Part shown: positions 31,293 through 41,026 of the stretch, piece by piece
How the letters are laid out: every line of letters begins with the position of its first letter
How positions within the stretch are numbered: the stretch's first letter is position 1
Origin: Acidimicrobiia bacterium
Lineage (GTDB): Bacteria; Actinomycetota; Acidimicrobiia; Spongiisociales; Spongiisociaceae
NCBI GenBank assembly: GCA_041576165.1
Contig: JBFGLM010000028.1
Coordinates: forward strand, 1-61,933
Direction of reading: 5' to 3'
DNA length: 61,933 nt
Made by a program: the position numbers and the translations under genes
Notes under the pieces: model-generated
The model's input: only the letters and a program-made list of their open reading frames with translations
The model's database searches: none
What the model was told of the DNA's origin: nothing

Positions 31293-32501
31293 CTAGGCAG
31301 CGACGCCCGCCATGAGCCGCACCTTGGGCTTGAGATCAGTCCGACAGAATGCGTGCAGGAAGCACGTCTGCTCACCCATGTCCAGGGTGATCTGCGCGAA
31401 CTCGTCGTCCTCTCCCGTCTGGAGGTACACGTGCGTCTCGACCGCGTCCGCCCTGCCCGCCAGCCCGGTGCCGCCGGAAGCGCCCCCGACCGAGAAGTGT
31501 GTGTCCTGGACGATGCGGTAGTCCTGCAGATCCTTGCGAACGATCCGGGCATAACGGCCGAACTGGGTCATGAAGCAGAAGCCGATCCCAGCCGACATGT
31601 ACGTGGCGGCATCAGGTGCCAGCCCGCGGCCGCCAAACCGAGGGGCTTCGTCCGAGAGGTATTGGAACGTCGACCCGATCGGCGAGAAGAGGCGCTGCTC
31701 GATCTCCTTGACACCATCGTCGCGCAGTGTGCAAACACCCTGCACGTGCAGCGTTCGGCTCTGCCGATCCTGCAGGCTGGTGTTGACGCCACCCGGTCGG
31801 GCATCCACACGCTCGGCCTCGACCAGCTTCCGGATCGGCTGGCTCGCCACCTCACGCCCGGACACGACTGCCCGGTCAAACTTGTCGCCCGGGTCGGGAT
31901 GGGCCGGAACCTCCAGGGCGGTGACCGATCTGGTTTCGATCTCCCGGCCATTGTGGACCAGCGCGAAACGGCTGGTGTGCGACCCCCGCAGCAGCCCGGT
32001 GATAGGCGATGCATCAACCGCCTGGGCAACGAGGTTGTGCAGAATTGCACGGTCGGCGGTGGCGTCGATCTCGGCCGTCAGCTCCGGAGCGAGAGCACCT
32101 CCAGTCATGGTGCCCTGCGCCGCGGATCCTTCCATCGTGTAGTAGTTGTCGATGGTCAGCCGGATGTTCCCGATATCGATACCTCGGGCTTTCGCCAGCG
32201 CCGTGATCTCGTTCATATGCGATGACACCATTCCGGTCGTCAGGAAGCTGAGCGGACATGGGCCGACATCGTGACCGGCCAGGTAGAGCCCCTCGTCGCT
32301 CACCAAACGCCACACAAGGCCGGTGGCTCCGCTGATCACGAACGCCTCCTTCTGCATGCCGGCCAGCGCCCGCACCCAGGTGCGGAGTGATTGGCCGTGC
32401 CTGTCCGGCGGCGGGAACAACCCCAGGTTTCCCGCATTGGCCACCGGGAAAAACATCGGACGGGGGTCCTCGGCTAAAACGTTCGGATGCTGCTGGGCCA
32501 C
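31293..32501 (-). CDS. Tandem OsmC/Ohr-like domain protein
   Basis: Two repeats: LVSDEG..GPCPL and YLSDE..GIGFCFMTQ..EQTCFLH; GGGAGG RBS. Confidence 0.7.
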   Translation of the reverse strand: MAQQHPNVLAEDPRPMFFPVANAGNLGLFPPPDRHGQSLRTWVRALAGMQKEAFVISGATGLVWRLVSDEGLYLAGHDVGPCPLSFLTTGMVSSHMNEITALAKARGIDIGNIRLTIDNYYTMEGSAAQGTMTGGALAPELTAEIDATADRAILHNLVAQAVDASPITGLLRGSHTSRFALVHNGREIETRSVTALEVPAHPDPGDKFDRAVVSGREVASQPIRKLVEAERVDARPGGVNTSLQDRQSRTLHVQGVCTLRDDGVKEIEQRLFSPIGSTFQYLSDEAPRFGGRGLAPDAATYMSAGIGFCFMTQFGRYARIVRKDLQDYRIVQDTHFSVGGASGGTGLAGRADAVETHVYLQTGEDDEFAQITLDMGEQTCFLHAFCRTDLKPKVRLMAGVAA

Positions 32502-32669
32502 GACGCACCTCCCACCCTGTGCATAATGGCAAGCCTGGTGCCGGAACGTCCAGAACAAGGGGCTCAGTTCCGTCCTTCGGGACGGCTGCCGGGGTGCTGT
32601 TGGCGCCCGCAAAGGCTCCCTGACCTTCCGTCCACATGTCGGTTCTCCTACGAATGAGGTGACTGCCCG

Positions 32670-34058
32670 ATGATCGGTACCACTGATGAGCTTGTCGGTG
32701 CCCTGTGCTCGATCGTCGGCGCGGAGCACGTGGCAACCGCCGAAGCCGAACGCAGTTTGCACTCCCACGACGAGTCGGATCACCCACCGGCTCTACCCGA
32801 CGTGGTGGTCTTCCCCGACAGCACCGAGGAGGTCAGCCGGATCGCAGCGCTGGCTAACGAGCACCGCATGCCGATCGTGGGATGGGGCGCCGGAACCAGC
32901 GTCGAAGGCCACACCATTCCGATCCAGGGCGGGATCGTCATCGACTTCCGGCGCATGAATCGGATCCTCGCCCTCCACACCGAGGACTTCCAGGCCGTGG
33001 TGCAGCCCGGCATCCTCCGGCTCGACCTGGAGGACCAGTTGGGCCGTCACGGCTTGTTCTTCCCTCCCGACCCGGGGGCGAACGCCAGTGTCGGCGGCAT
33101 GATCGCCAACAACGCAGCCGGCGTCCGGGCGCGTCGCTACGGCTCGGCCAGCGCCAACGTGCTGGGTCTCGAGGTTGTTCTGGCCGACGGAAATGTGATC
33201 CGGACAGGCTCACGATCGATCAAACAGTCGGCCGGGTACGACCTAACCAGATTGTTCGCCGGCTCGGAGGGAACGCTGGGTTTGATCACAGCCGCCACGA
33301 TCAAGCTGGCGCCAATCCCCGAGCACTTCGCCGCCGCCACCGTGGCTTTCCCCGACGTGGGGACTGCGGCCAGGGCGGTGTTCGGGATCATCGGCAGTGG
33401 ACTCGAACCAGCCGCCCTCGAGATCCTGCATCCCGACCACGTGCGGTGGATGAACGAGGACGAGGATGCAGGTTTGACGGTCGCACCGTCCCTGATGCTC
33501 GAGTACACGGGTCCCACCCGGGAAACCGTCGTTGCGGCGCTCGACCTGACCAAGGAAATCTGCGCCGCGCAGGGGTCGGTGGGTTACCGGGACGCGGCCG
33601 GGCGGGAGGCCCGTTCCGCCATGTGGCGGTTACGTCACGGCACCCGGGAACGAATGCACCGGCGGTTCCCCGGTGAACGCTGGGTCGGCCTCGACGTCTC
33701 GGTCCCCGTGTCACGTCTACCCGACCTCGTTGCATTCGCAGAATCCTGTTGCGCCGAAGGAGGCTTTTCCGGCCACGTGATCGGGCACGCGGGCGATGGG
33801 AACATCCACTTGGGTTTGCATTTCGACCCGAACGATGCGGCCAGAGGGGAAGCCGCCAGTGAGATTGCCCACCGGATCGTGCTCGCGGCGATCGACATGG
33901 GGGGAACGTGCACCGGCGAGCACGGTGTCGGGCTCGGCAAGATGAAGTACATGGTCACCGAGCACGGCGCCGAGGCGGTTGCGGCCATGTGGACCATCAA
34001 GCGCGCCCTCGACCCGCACAACATCCTCAACCCAGGCAAGATCCTGCCCGAGGTGTAG
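32670..34058 (+). CDS. FAD-linked oxidase, D-lactate dehydrogenase/GlcD family
   Basis: GAGTSVEG, PDPGANASVGG, GSEGTLG, GHAGDGNIH, GEHGVG. Confidence 0.92.
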   Translation: MIGTTDELVGALCSIVGAEHVATAEAERSLHSHDESDHPPALPDVVVFPDSTEEVSRIAALANEHRMPIVGWGAGTSVEGHTIPIQGGIVIDFRRMNRILALHTEDFQAVVQPGILRLDLEDQLGRHGLFFPPDPGANASVGGMIANNAAGVRARRYGSASANVLGLEVVLADGNVIRTGSRSIKQSAGYDLTRLFAGSEGTLGLITAATIKLAPIPEHFAAATVAFPDVGTAARAVFGIIGSGLEPAALEILHPDHVRWMNEDEDAGLTVAPSLMLEYTGPTRETVVAALDLTKEICAAQGSVGYRDAAGREARSAMWRLRHGTRERMHRRFPGERWVGLDVSVPVSRLPDLVAFAESCCAEGGFSGHVIGHAGDGNIHLGLHFDPNDAARGEAASEIAHRIVLAAIDMGGTCTGEHGVGLGKMKYMVTEHGAEAVAAMWTIKRALDPHNILNPGKILPEV

Positions 34059-34087
34059 TGCCCGCGACCGGTACATGAGACGGCGGG

Positions 34088-35704
34088 TCAGTCCCTCACT
34101 CTTCCTGTCGCCAGGTAGGGCCACGGATTGGGCCAGGTGCCCTGTGGCACCACGATGATGGTGGGACCACCCTGGTGTTGCGCCCGTTCGATGGCAGCCT
34201 GAAGTGACTCCGGACTGTCGGCCCGCAGCCCGGCGGCGCCAAACGCTTCCGCCATCGCCACGAAGTCGGGGCTGACGAGGTCAGTGGCGTGGACCCGGCC
34301 GTCGTGCACCTCGCGCTGCATGAGCTGAACGTTCCCGAACTTGGCATCATCGAAGAGGACCGTGATCGTCTCGATCCCGTATTTGACGGCGGTGGCCAGT
34401 TCGGCGGCCGTGAACATGAACCCGCCGTCACCAACAGTGGAGAGCACCGTCCGGTCCGGGTTGGCGACTTTGGCTCCCAGGGCGGCCGCAAAACCGTAGC
34501 CCAGCGTGCCCGGATAACCAGGGAACACGAACGTACGCGGGGCGTACACATCGAACGCAGCTCGCATCACATATCCGACTTGGGTGAGATCGGTGATCAA
34601 GATCCCGTCCTCTCCCAGCGCCGCCCGGATCGCCGCTATGTACGAGAGCTGCGGCTCGAGCGGGGCGATGCGGTCGACCTCGAGCCTGCGGCGAGCGGCC
34701 AGCTCATCGGCGATGCTGTCGCGCGGACGCTCAGGCAGTGCGTCGAGCAGCTCGGGCAGAACCTCTTCGGCCCGCGCTACGAGACTGACTGTCGGACGGC
34801 CGATCCTCCGAGCCGCCTCCGGGTCTGGATTGATCCATACCTGCGCCAGATCGGGATCGGTTCCCCAATCGTGCAACTGCATCATGAGGCGGGTGCCGAT
34901 GGCGATCACGACGTCAACCTCGGGCCACAGCCCATGCGCCACCGTGTAGGGGACCGACAGCGGGTGACGTGAATCGAGCACCCCGCGACCCCTCCGGTGT
35001 CCGGCCACCGGAGCCTGGATTCGCTCGGCGAGGCGGCGGACGGCGCCGGCGGCCCCATGGGCTCCGCCCCCCACGACGATGAGCGGACGGTGGGCGCGGT
35101 CGATCAGCGCCACCGCCCGCTCTAGCTCCGCCGGATCTACCGCCGGCTGCGCGATCGGCAACGGCTCGGCTATCGCGAGGTCCTCGGTTGCCTGTAACAC
35201 GTCCGGCGGTACCTCGACCATCGTCGGCCGGGGATCACCGGTGAGCGCGTCCCGGAAGGCCTGTGCGATCAGCGGCGAGACCTCATGGGGCGACGTCGCA
35301 CGGGTCTGGGACTTGGTGAAGGCTCGAGCTATGCCGGGTTGGTCAACGATCTCATGCAGAAAGCCGAACCCCTTGTCGATGAATGGCGACGGGATCTGAC
35401 CGACCAAACACACCATCGGGGTGCTCAGCCCGTATGCGGTCGCCATCCCGGTGGCGGCGTTCAACAGCCCTGGGCCGGGCACGACGCTCATGACGCCCAC
35501 CCGGCCGGAGGTCAACGCATACCCGAGCGCCATGTACGCCGCACCCTGCTCATGGCGCGTGGTGTAGACGTTGAATGGCACGCCCTCGTCATATATGGCG
35601 TTGTAGAGCCAGTCGCTCTGCACGCCGGGCAAACCGAAGAAGTCGGTGACCCCGTGCGTGACGAGCGTGCGCACAGCGGCCTGGCCTCCTGTCATCTGCG
35701 CCAA
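34088..35704 (-). CDS. Thiamine diphosphate-dependent enzyme (acetolactate synthase/decarboxylase superfamily)
   Basis: FGLPG, RHEQGAAYMA, GDGGF. Confidence 0.92.
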   Translation of the reverse strand: MAQMTGGQAAVRTLVTHGVTDFFGLPGVQSDWLYNAIYDEGVPFNVYTTRHEQGAAYMALGYALTSGRVGVMSVVPGPGLLNAATGMATAYGLSTPMVCLVGQIPSPFIDKGFGFLHEIVDQPGIARAFTKSQTRATSPHEVSPLIAQAFRDALTGDPRPTMVEVPPDVLQATEDLAIAEPLPIAQPAVDPAELERAVALIDRAHRPLIVVGGGAHGAAGAVRRLAERIQAPVAGHRRGRGVLDSRHPLSVPYTVAHGLWPEVDVVIAIGTRLMMQLHDWGTDPDLAQVWINPDPEAARRIGRPTVSLVARAEEVLPELLDALPERPRDSIADELAARRRLEVDRIAPLEPQLSYIAAIRAALGEDGILITDLTQVGYVMRAAFDVYAPRTFVFPGYPGTLGYGFAAALGAKVANPDRTVLSTVGDGGFMFTAAELATAVKYGIETITVLFDDAKFGNVQLMQREVHDGRVHATDLVSPDFVAMAEAFGAAGLRADSPESLQAAIERAQHQGGPTIIVVPQGTWPNPWPYLATGRVRD

Positions 35705-36050
35705 GGTCCCTCCACCCGTAGCTGGCGGCGATGATATGCGCGCGACACCCCGCCGGGGCTGGTGGCAGCGGGTGCGTCCACGTGGTGGTCACGAATGCGC
35801 GGGTGTCAGCGCTGCCGGCGGCCAGGGAATGATGCGGAGACCGAGCCAGGCAAAATGGCCGTGGCAGCCCGACCTCCGGGACGACCACTTCCTACACTCT
35901 TGGATTCTCCCCGCGCCCATCAAAACGTGGGACGGGATGGTGATCATCAAGCAGTAGTACCCAGGAAACCATGGTTTGACTCCCACCCCAGCATTCCGCA
36001 GGCACGACTGAGGGTGCAGCCGTCGGGGCCGTCGGATGCGAGACGCTTCG

Positions 36051-36398
36051 ATGACCGACCTACAGGAACTTGTCAAGAACGTGGGGGTCATCATCGAGTT
36101 CTTCGGTGTGTCCATCATCGCGGCAGGCAGCCTCACTTCCACGATCTGGTTTCTCGCAAATATCAGGCGGCAAGGGCTGGAGGATGCCTATCGAGGCTAC
36201 CGGCGAATCTTTGGGCACTCGATCATCCTGGGGTTGGATTTCCTGATAGCCGGGGACATCGTCAGGACCGTCATCGTCTCGCCCACGGTGAAAGATGTCG
36301 TGGTCCTGGCGGTCATCGTTTTGATCCGCGCGTTCCTGAGCCTCACCTTTGAACTGGGAATCAGGGGCAAACTGCCCTGGCGGACGGACGAGGAGTGA
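36051..36398 (+). CDS. DUF1622 membrane protein
   Basis: GHSIILGLDFLIAGDIVRTV...VLIRAFLS. Confidence 0.88.
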   Translation: MTDLQELVKNVGVIIEFFGVSIIAAGSLTSTIWFLANIRRQGLEDAYRGYRRIFGHSIILGLDFLIAGDIVRTVIVSPTVKDVVVLAVIVLIRAFLSLTFELGIRGKLPWRTDEE

Positions 36399-36653
36399 AG
36401 CTCGGCGATCGGCTTCTCCGCCGCTTTGAGTCCCCACCGAGAATCTCCATAGCCGAGCGCGGCTCCGCGGCGACGTTCAGCCGCCGGCGTGGCGAGTGGT
36501 GACCCGTGCATCCCCGTCGACACAATCGGCCCGAAAGGCGGTGGCGATGTATGTCCGGGCTCCCCAAGGCTCTCTGCGATCTGCGGAGCCGTGCCGACCC
36601 GGGCCGGTGACCGCGCACGGTACATTTGGGGGATCGGCACCCGGAGGCATGTG

Positions 36654-37994
36654 ATGACCGAGATTCAGGAGCGACCGGATCTGAGTACCGGCGACACAAG
36701 CGCCCATCCGCCATACCTATCCGGCTTTGGGAACGAGTTCGCGTCTGAGGCGGTCCCGGGCGCACTCCCGGCCGGCCAGAACAACCCGCAAAAACCGCCC
36801 CTCGGCCTCTACACCGAGCAGATTTCCGGCACCGCCTTCACGGTTCCCAATCAGCGGAACCGCCGCACCTGGTTCTACCGCATCCGGCCGTCGGTACGGC
36901 ACGCCTGGCGGTTCACCGAGGCCGGCAACAGCAATATGATCCGCACCGCTCCGTGCCGGGAGGACAATCCACCAATCGGCCAGCTGCGATGGGATCCGCC
37001 CCCCTTCCCGGATGCAGCGACGACGTTCGTGACCGGCATCCACACCATCGCCACCAACGGCGACGCCCATACCCAGACCGGTATGGCGGCCCACGTCTAC
37101 ATGGCGACCGCGTCGATGACCGATACCTATTTCTACAACGCCGACGGCGAGTTCCTGGTTGTGCCCCAGGAAGGCCGGCTGCGGTTCGTCACCGAATGCG
37201 GCGTCCTGGTGGGCGGTCCCGGCGAGATCGTGATCATCCCTCGAGGCATGGTCTACCGCGTCGAGCTGATGGATGCGCGAGCCCGCGGGTACATCGCCGA
37301 GAATTACGGCACTTACCTCGAGCTACCCGAACGAGGCCCGATCGGCGCCAACGGCTTGGCCAACCCGCGGGACTTCCTCTATCCGGTCGCGGCATTCGAG
37401 GATGTAGAGCAAACCGGAGAGCTGTCGGTGAAGTTCGACGGTCGTCTGTTTGCGGTCGAGACCGACTATTCGCCGCTCGATGTGGTGGGCTGGCACGGCA
37501 ACCATGCGCCGTGCAAGTACGACCTTGCCGCCTTCAATGTGATGGGTTCGATCAGCTTCGACCACCCCGATCCCTCCATCTTCACGGTGCTGACCTCACC
37601 GTCCCCCGATCCCGGAGTTGCGAACGTCGACTTCGTCGTGTTCAAGGACCGCTGGCTGGTCGGCGAACATACGTTCCGGCCGCCCTGGTACCACAAGAAC
37701 ATCATGAGTGAGTTCATGGGCCTCGTGCACGGTGTGTACGACGCCAAAGAGGAAGGGTTCTTGCCGGGCGGCATGAGCTTGCACAACATGTATTTCCCGC
37801 ACGGCCCCGATCACGACGCCTGGCTCAAGGCGACCACGTCGGACCTGGCGCCGGAGAAGCTGGCGGACACGCTGGCCTTCATGTTCGAGACCCGCTACCC
37901 GCTGATCCCAACCGCCTACGCCGGATCCATCCCGGCGCTGCAGGACGACTACCCCAGCGTGTGGCACAGCCTCGAGCGGCATTTCGAGGGTTGA
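36654..37994 (+). CDS. hmgA: Homogentisate 1,2-dioxygenase
   Basis: GPIGANGLANPRDF, FDHPDPSIFTVLT, HTFRPPWYH, PHGPD. Confidence 0.96.
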   Translation: MTEIQERPDLSTGDTSAHPPYLSGFGNEFASEAVPGALPAGQNNPQKPPLGLYTEQISGTAFTVPNQRNRRTWFYRIRPSVRHAWRFTEAGNSNMIRTAPCREDNPPIGQLRWDPPPFPDAATTFVTGIHTIATNGDAHTQTGMAAHVYMATASMTDTYFYNADGEFLVVPQEGRLRFVTECGVLVGGPGEIVIIPRGMVYRVELMDARARGYIAENYGTYLELPERGPIGANGLANPRDFLYPVAAFEDVEQTGELSVKFDGRLFAVETDYSPLDVVGWHGNHAPCKYDLAAFNVMGSISFDHPDPSIFTVLTSPSPDPGVANVDFVVFKDRWLVGEHTFRPPWYHKNIMSEFMGLVHGVYDAKEEGFLPGGMSLHNMYFPHGPDHDAWLKATTSDLAPEKLADTLAFMFETRYPLIPTAYAGSIPALQDDYPSVWHSLERHFEG

Positions 37995-38004
37995 CGGAGG
38001 CTGC

Positions 38005-38859
38005 TTGGCGACTTCGGTGACGATCACGGGCACCGGCACGCCCGTGCAGCGCGGCGACCGGGCCGGGGCGGGGGTGCTGGTCCGCTCAGGTGACGTCGCA
38101 TTGCAGTTCGATGCCGGCCGGGCCACCGTGCTGCGGTTGGCGGCCGCCGGTCAGCCCCTCATGGACCTCGACGCGTTGTTCGTCACCCACCATCACTCGG
38201 ACCACCTGATCGGGATTCCGGACCTGGTCATGACCCGGTGGATGAACGACGTTCGCCGCGAGGCCCAACCGCCGCTGCCGATCTATGCGCCGGACGGTGA
38301 AGCCGCTCGCATCATCGAGCACATGCTCGACGTGTGGCACAACGAGATCAGACTCCGCCAGCACCACACCAAGCGGCCCAACCGTCCCGAAATGGACGTC
38401 CGGCGATTCGCAGCCAACAAGCACGGCCCGGTGCCGGTGGCCGAGTTCGGCGACATTGTTGTGACGGCGATCGCCGTCGACCATGAGCCGGTGGTCCCGG
38501 CGGTCGGATACCGGATCGACACCCCCGATGGCGTAGTGGTCGTCTCAGGCGATACCGCGGTGTGCCGCCAGATAGAGCTTCTGGCGGACCGGGTCGACGT
38601 GCTCGTGCACGAGGCGATGCGAACGGAGGGTCTCAGCGGGATCCTCTCGACCCCTGATGCGCTGCTCGCCTACCACAGTGAGTGCCGCCAGCTTGGTGCG
38701 ATGGCCGAGCGGGCCGGCGTCCGGCGCCTTGTACTGACCCACCTGATCCCGCCGCCGGATACTGAAGCCGACAAGGGCGGATTCGAGGACGATGTTCGCG
38801 CGGGTGGTTATCGGGGTCCGGTAATCGTGGCCGACGACCTCACCACGGTGGAGCTCTGA
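38005..38859 (+). CDS. MBL-fold metallo-hydrolase (RNase Z/arylsulfatase-like)
   Basis: GTGTP, THHHSDH, SGDT, VHEA, LTHLIP. Confidence 0.9.
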   Translation: MATSVTITGTGTPVQRGDRAGAGVLVRSGDVALQFDAGRATVLRLAAAGQPLMDLDALFVTHHHSDHLIGIPDLVMTRWMNDVRREAQPPLPIYAPDGEAARIIEHMLDVWHNEIRLRQHHTKRPNRPEMDVRRFAANKHGPVPVAEFGDIVVTAIAVDHEPVVPAVGYRIDTPDGVVVVSGDTAVCRQIELLADRVDVLVHEAMRTEGLSGILSTPDALLAYHSECRQLGAMAERAGVRRLVLTHLIPPPDTEADKGGFEDDVRAGGYRGPVIVADDLTTVEL

Positions 38860-38924
38860 CCCGTCGCGGCATATCCTGGCAAGAGACCCAACGAGCGGTC
38901 CTTCGCCGGGACGGAGGGAACAAC

Positions 38925-41018
38925 ATCCGTATCTTCTCGCACAGAGATCGGCCGGTGCATCTCGGCCCGTATCCGCTCGAACGGCTGCGCCGGCTCTCGG
39001 ATGCGTCGGCAGACCCGCCCGGACTCAAGCTCAGGCGCCCAACGCCAACCCCGCGCGCGGCCGCGAGCCGCCTCTCGGCCGTCTCGGCGTATGGCCCATA
39101 CGTGGACATGTTCGACTCGTTGCGAAACGGCGAGGTAGCCGGAGAGGTCGCCCCATTCCCGAAGGACCCGCAAAGTGTGGCGAACAACCTCAAAGCGAGC
39201 GTGTACTTCTTGGACGCCGACATGGCGGGCACTTGCCTCGTCCCCACCGACGCCTGGAGGCACCGGCTCGAGCACCATCATGCGTTGGTGGTGTTGATCC
39301 GGTTCAAGACCGGGGTCACCCCCGACGGTCCCGGCGCAGCCTGGTTGGAAGGTGCCCAGCAGATGAACGCCGATCTGCGGGCGGCCGAAGTTGCTGCCAT
39401 CACCGCTGCCTACGTCCGCTATCTCGGCTTTGCGGCAACGGCCCACACCGCAACCGCGTCAGATGTTGACCTGGAGCGGCTGGCGCTGCAGTGTGGACTG
39501 GCGGAGTTGCAGGGCGGCCGGGTGGTCAATCCGTGGCTCGACGATCAGTTCGGGCTGGCGGCGGTGACCACCACGCTGGCGGTGGCTCCCGACGCACCGC
39601 TGGCGCGTCGCGGCATCCGGCGCCGGCGCGCCACCCGTGGCGCCCGGGCGTTCTTCGGCCTCGGCGGGATCCGGCCAACCTGGTCACTCCTCGGTCGGTC
39701 GAAGCGGCCCGTCCATCTTGGGCCCTACCCGATGGAGAAGATCAAACGGGTGAAGGAGCCCACCACGCTGGTCATCCCCGACGAAATCGCACGCGTCCCG
39801 CAGCGAGCCTCCTTCTTCGATCGGGCGTTGCACGGTGACCTCGGCACCAGTTTCGTCGAGAAGCGTCACACGTTCGCCTACAAGACTCCCCAGGCGCAGT
39901 CGTACGTGAAGATGATCCGGGCCATGGTGCCCATGCAGGACGGCCCCGTCGCCAGGCAAATCGCCCGGGACACCGACGACCCCGATGCCAACTCGGACGC
40001 GGTCAAGGCCCTCGGATACTTCCTCGGCGGGGACATGGTGGGGATTTGCCGGGCCGACGAGTACGCCTGGTACTCCCACGACAAGGATGGCAAACCCATC
40101 AATCCGGATCACGCAAACGCGGTTGTCATCCTGCTCGACCAGGGCTACGAGACGATGGAGGGTGCCAGCGGCGATGACTGGATCAGCGGCGCGCAGTCCA
40201 TGCGCGCCTACATGCGCGGGGCCGAGATCGCCGGGATCATCAGCCAGCATATCCGCAACCTCGGCTATTCGGCTCGCAGCCACACCAACGCCAAATCCCA
40301 AGTGCTGCACATCCCGCTCATCCTCAACGCCGGGCTGGGTGAGCTGAGCCGAATCGGTGAGCTGGTGCTGAACCCCTTCGTCGGCCCACGTTTCAAATCC
40401 GTCGTGTTGACCACCGACATGCCGCTCACCGCGGACAAGCCGATCGATTTCGGCTTGCAGGACTTCTGCGCCAAGTGCACCAAGTGCGCCCGCGAATGCC
40501 CCTGCGGCGCCATCAGCTTCGCCGGCAAGGTGATGTTCAACGGCTACGAGATGTGGAAGCCGGACGTCGAAAAATGCGCCAAGTACCGGTTGGGGAATCT
40601 CAAAGGTTCCGCGTGTGGGCGCTGCATGAAGACGTGCCCGTTCAACGCCGAAGGCCTGATGAGCGAGCGGTTCTGGCTGGGGGTGTCGATGCGGTTCCCG
40701 TTCATGCGGCGCAAGATCGCCGAGTGGGACGACTTGATCGGAAACGGTTCGATCAACCCGGTCAAGAAATGGTGGTGGGACCTCGAATGGATCCATGGCA
40801 GGACGGTCCTGCCCACCAAAGGCACCAACGCCCGGACCCTCGATTTCGGCCGGATGCGGATCGCGGACACCCAGAAGATTGCGCTGTACACGCCTGACAT
40901 GAACCCGGCGCCGGACAACTGGCAGCCGGTCAAGCTGAACCGCGAGCTGGCGATTCGGCAAGGCGCCAAGGCAGAGTCACCCGAGGCCGCCCGCCTGCGG
41001 CTCGGCCGCCGCCGATAG
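38925..41018 (+). CDS. rdhA: Catabolic (NpRdhA/BhbA-type) cobalamin-dependent reductive dehalogenase
   Basis: Duplicated HLGPYP N-terminal motif; QSMRAY, GELSRIG, GPRFKS; Fe-S motifs CAKCTKCARECP and CGRCMKTCP; no TAT signal. The first canonical start is 38955 but the RBS points to ATC at 38925. Confidence 0.9.
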   Translation: MRIFSHRDRPVHLGPYPLERLRRLSDASADPPGLKLRRPTPTPRAAASRLSAVSAYGPYVDMFDSLRNGEVAGEVAPFPKDPQSVANNLKASVYFLDADMAGTCLVPTDAWRHRLEHHHALVVLIRFKTGVTPDGPGAAWLEGAQQMNADLRAAEVAAITAAYVRYLGFAATAHTATASDVDLERLALQCGLAELQGGRVVNPWLDDQFGLAAVTTTLAVAPDAPLARRGIRRRRATRGARAFFGLGGIRPTWSLLGRSKRPVHLGPYPMEKIKRVKEPTTLVIPDEIARVPQRASFFDRALHGDLGTSFVEKRHTFAYKTPQAQSYVKMIRAMVPMQDGPVARQIARDTDDPDANSDAVKALGYFLGGDMVGICRADEYAWYSHDKDGKPINPDHANAVVILLDQGYETMEGASGDDWISGAQSMRAYMRGAEIAGIISQHIRNLGYSARSHTNAKSQVLHIPLILNAGLGELSRIGELVLNPFVGPRFKSVVLTTDMPLTADKPIDFGLQDFCAKCTKCARECPCGAISFAGKVMFNGYEMWKPDVEKCAKYRLGNLKGSACGRCMKTCPFNAEGLMSERFWLGVSMRFPFMRRKIAEWDDLIGNGSINPVKKWWWDLEWIHGRTVLPTKGTNARTLDFGRMRIADTQKIALYTPDMNPAPDNWQPVKLNRELAIRQGAKAESPEAARLRLGRRR

Positions 41019-41026
41019 CGGTACCG

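Noticed and set aside
32520-32669. Riboswitch in the divergent intergenic region (CCGTCC-TTCG-GGACGG hairpin)
   Set aside because: Only one clear hairpin and no consensus I recognise; an Infernal/Rfam scan would be needed
38925-41018. Organohalide respiration
   Set aside because: No TAT signal and no rdhB; architecture is the cytoplasmic catabolic type
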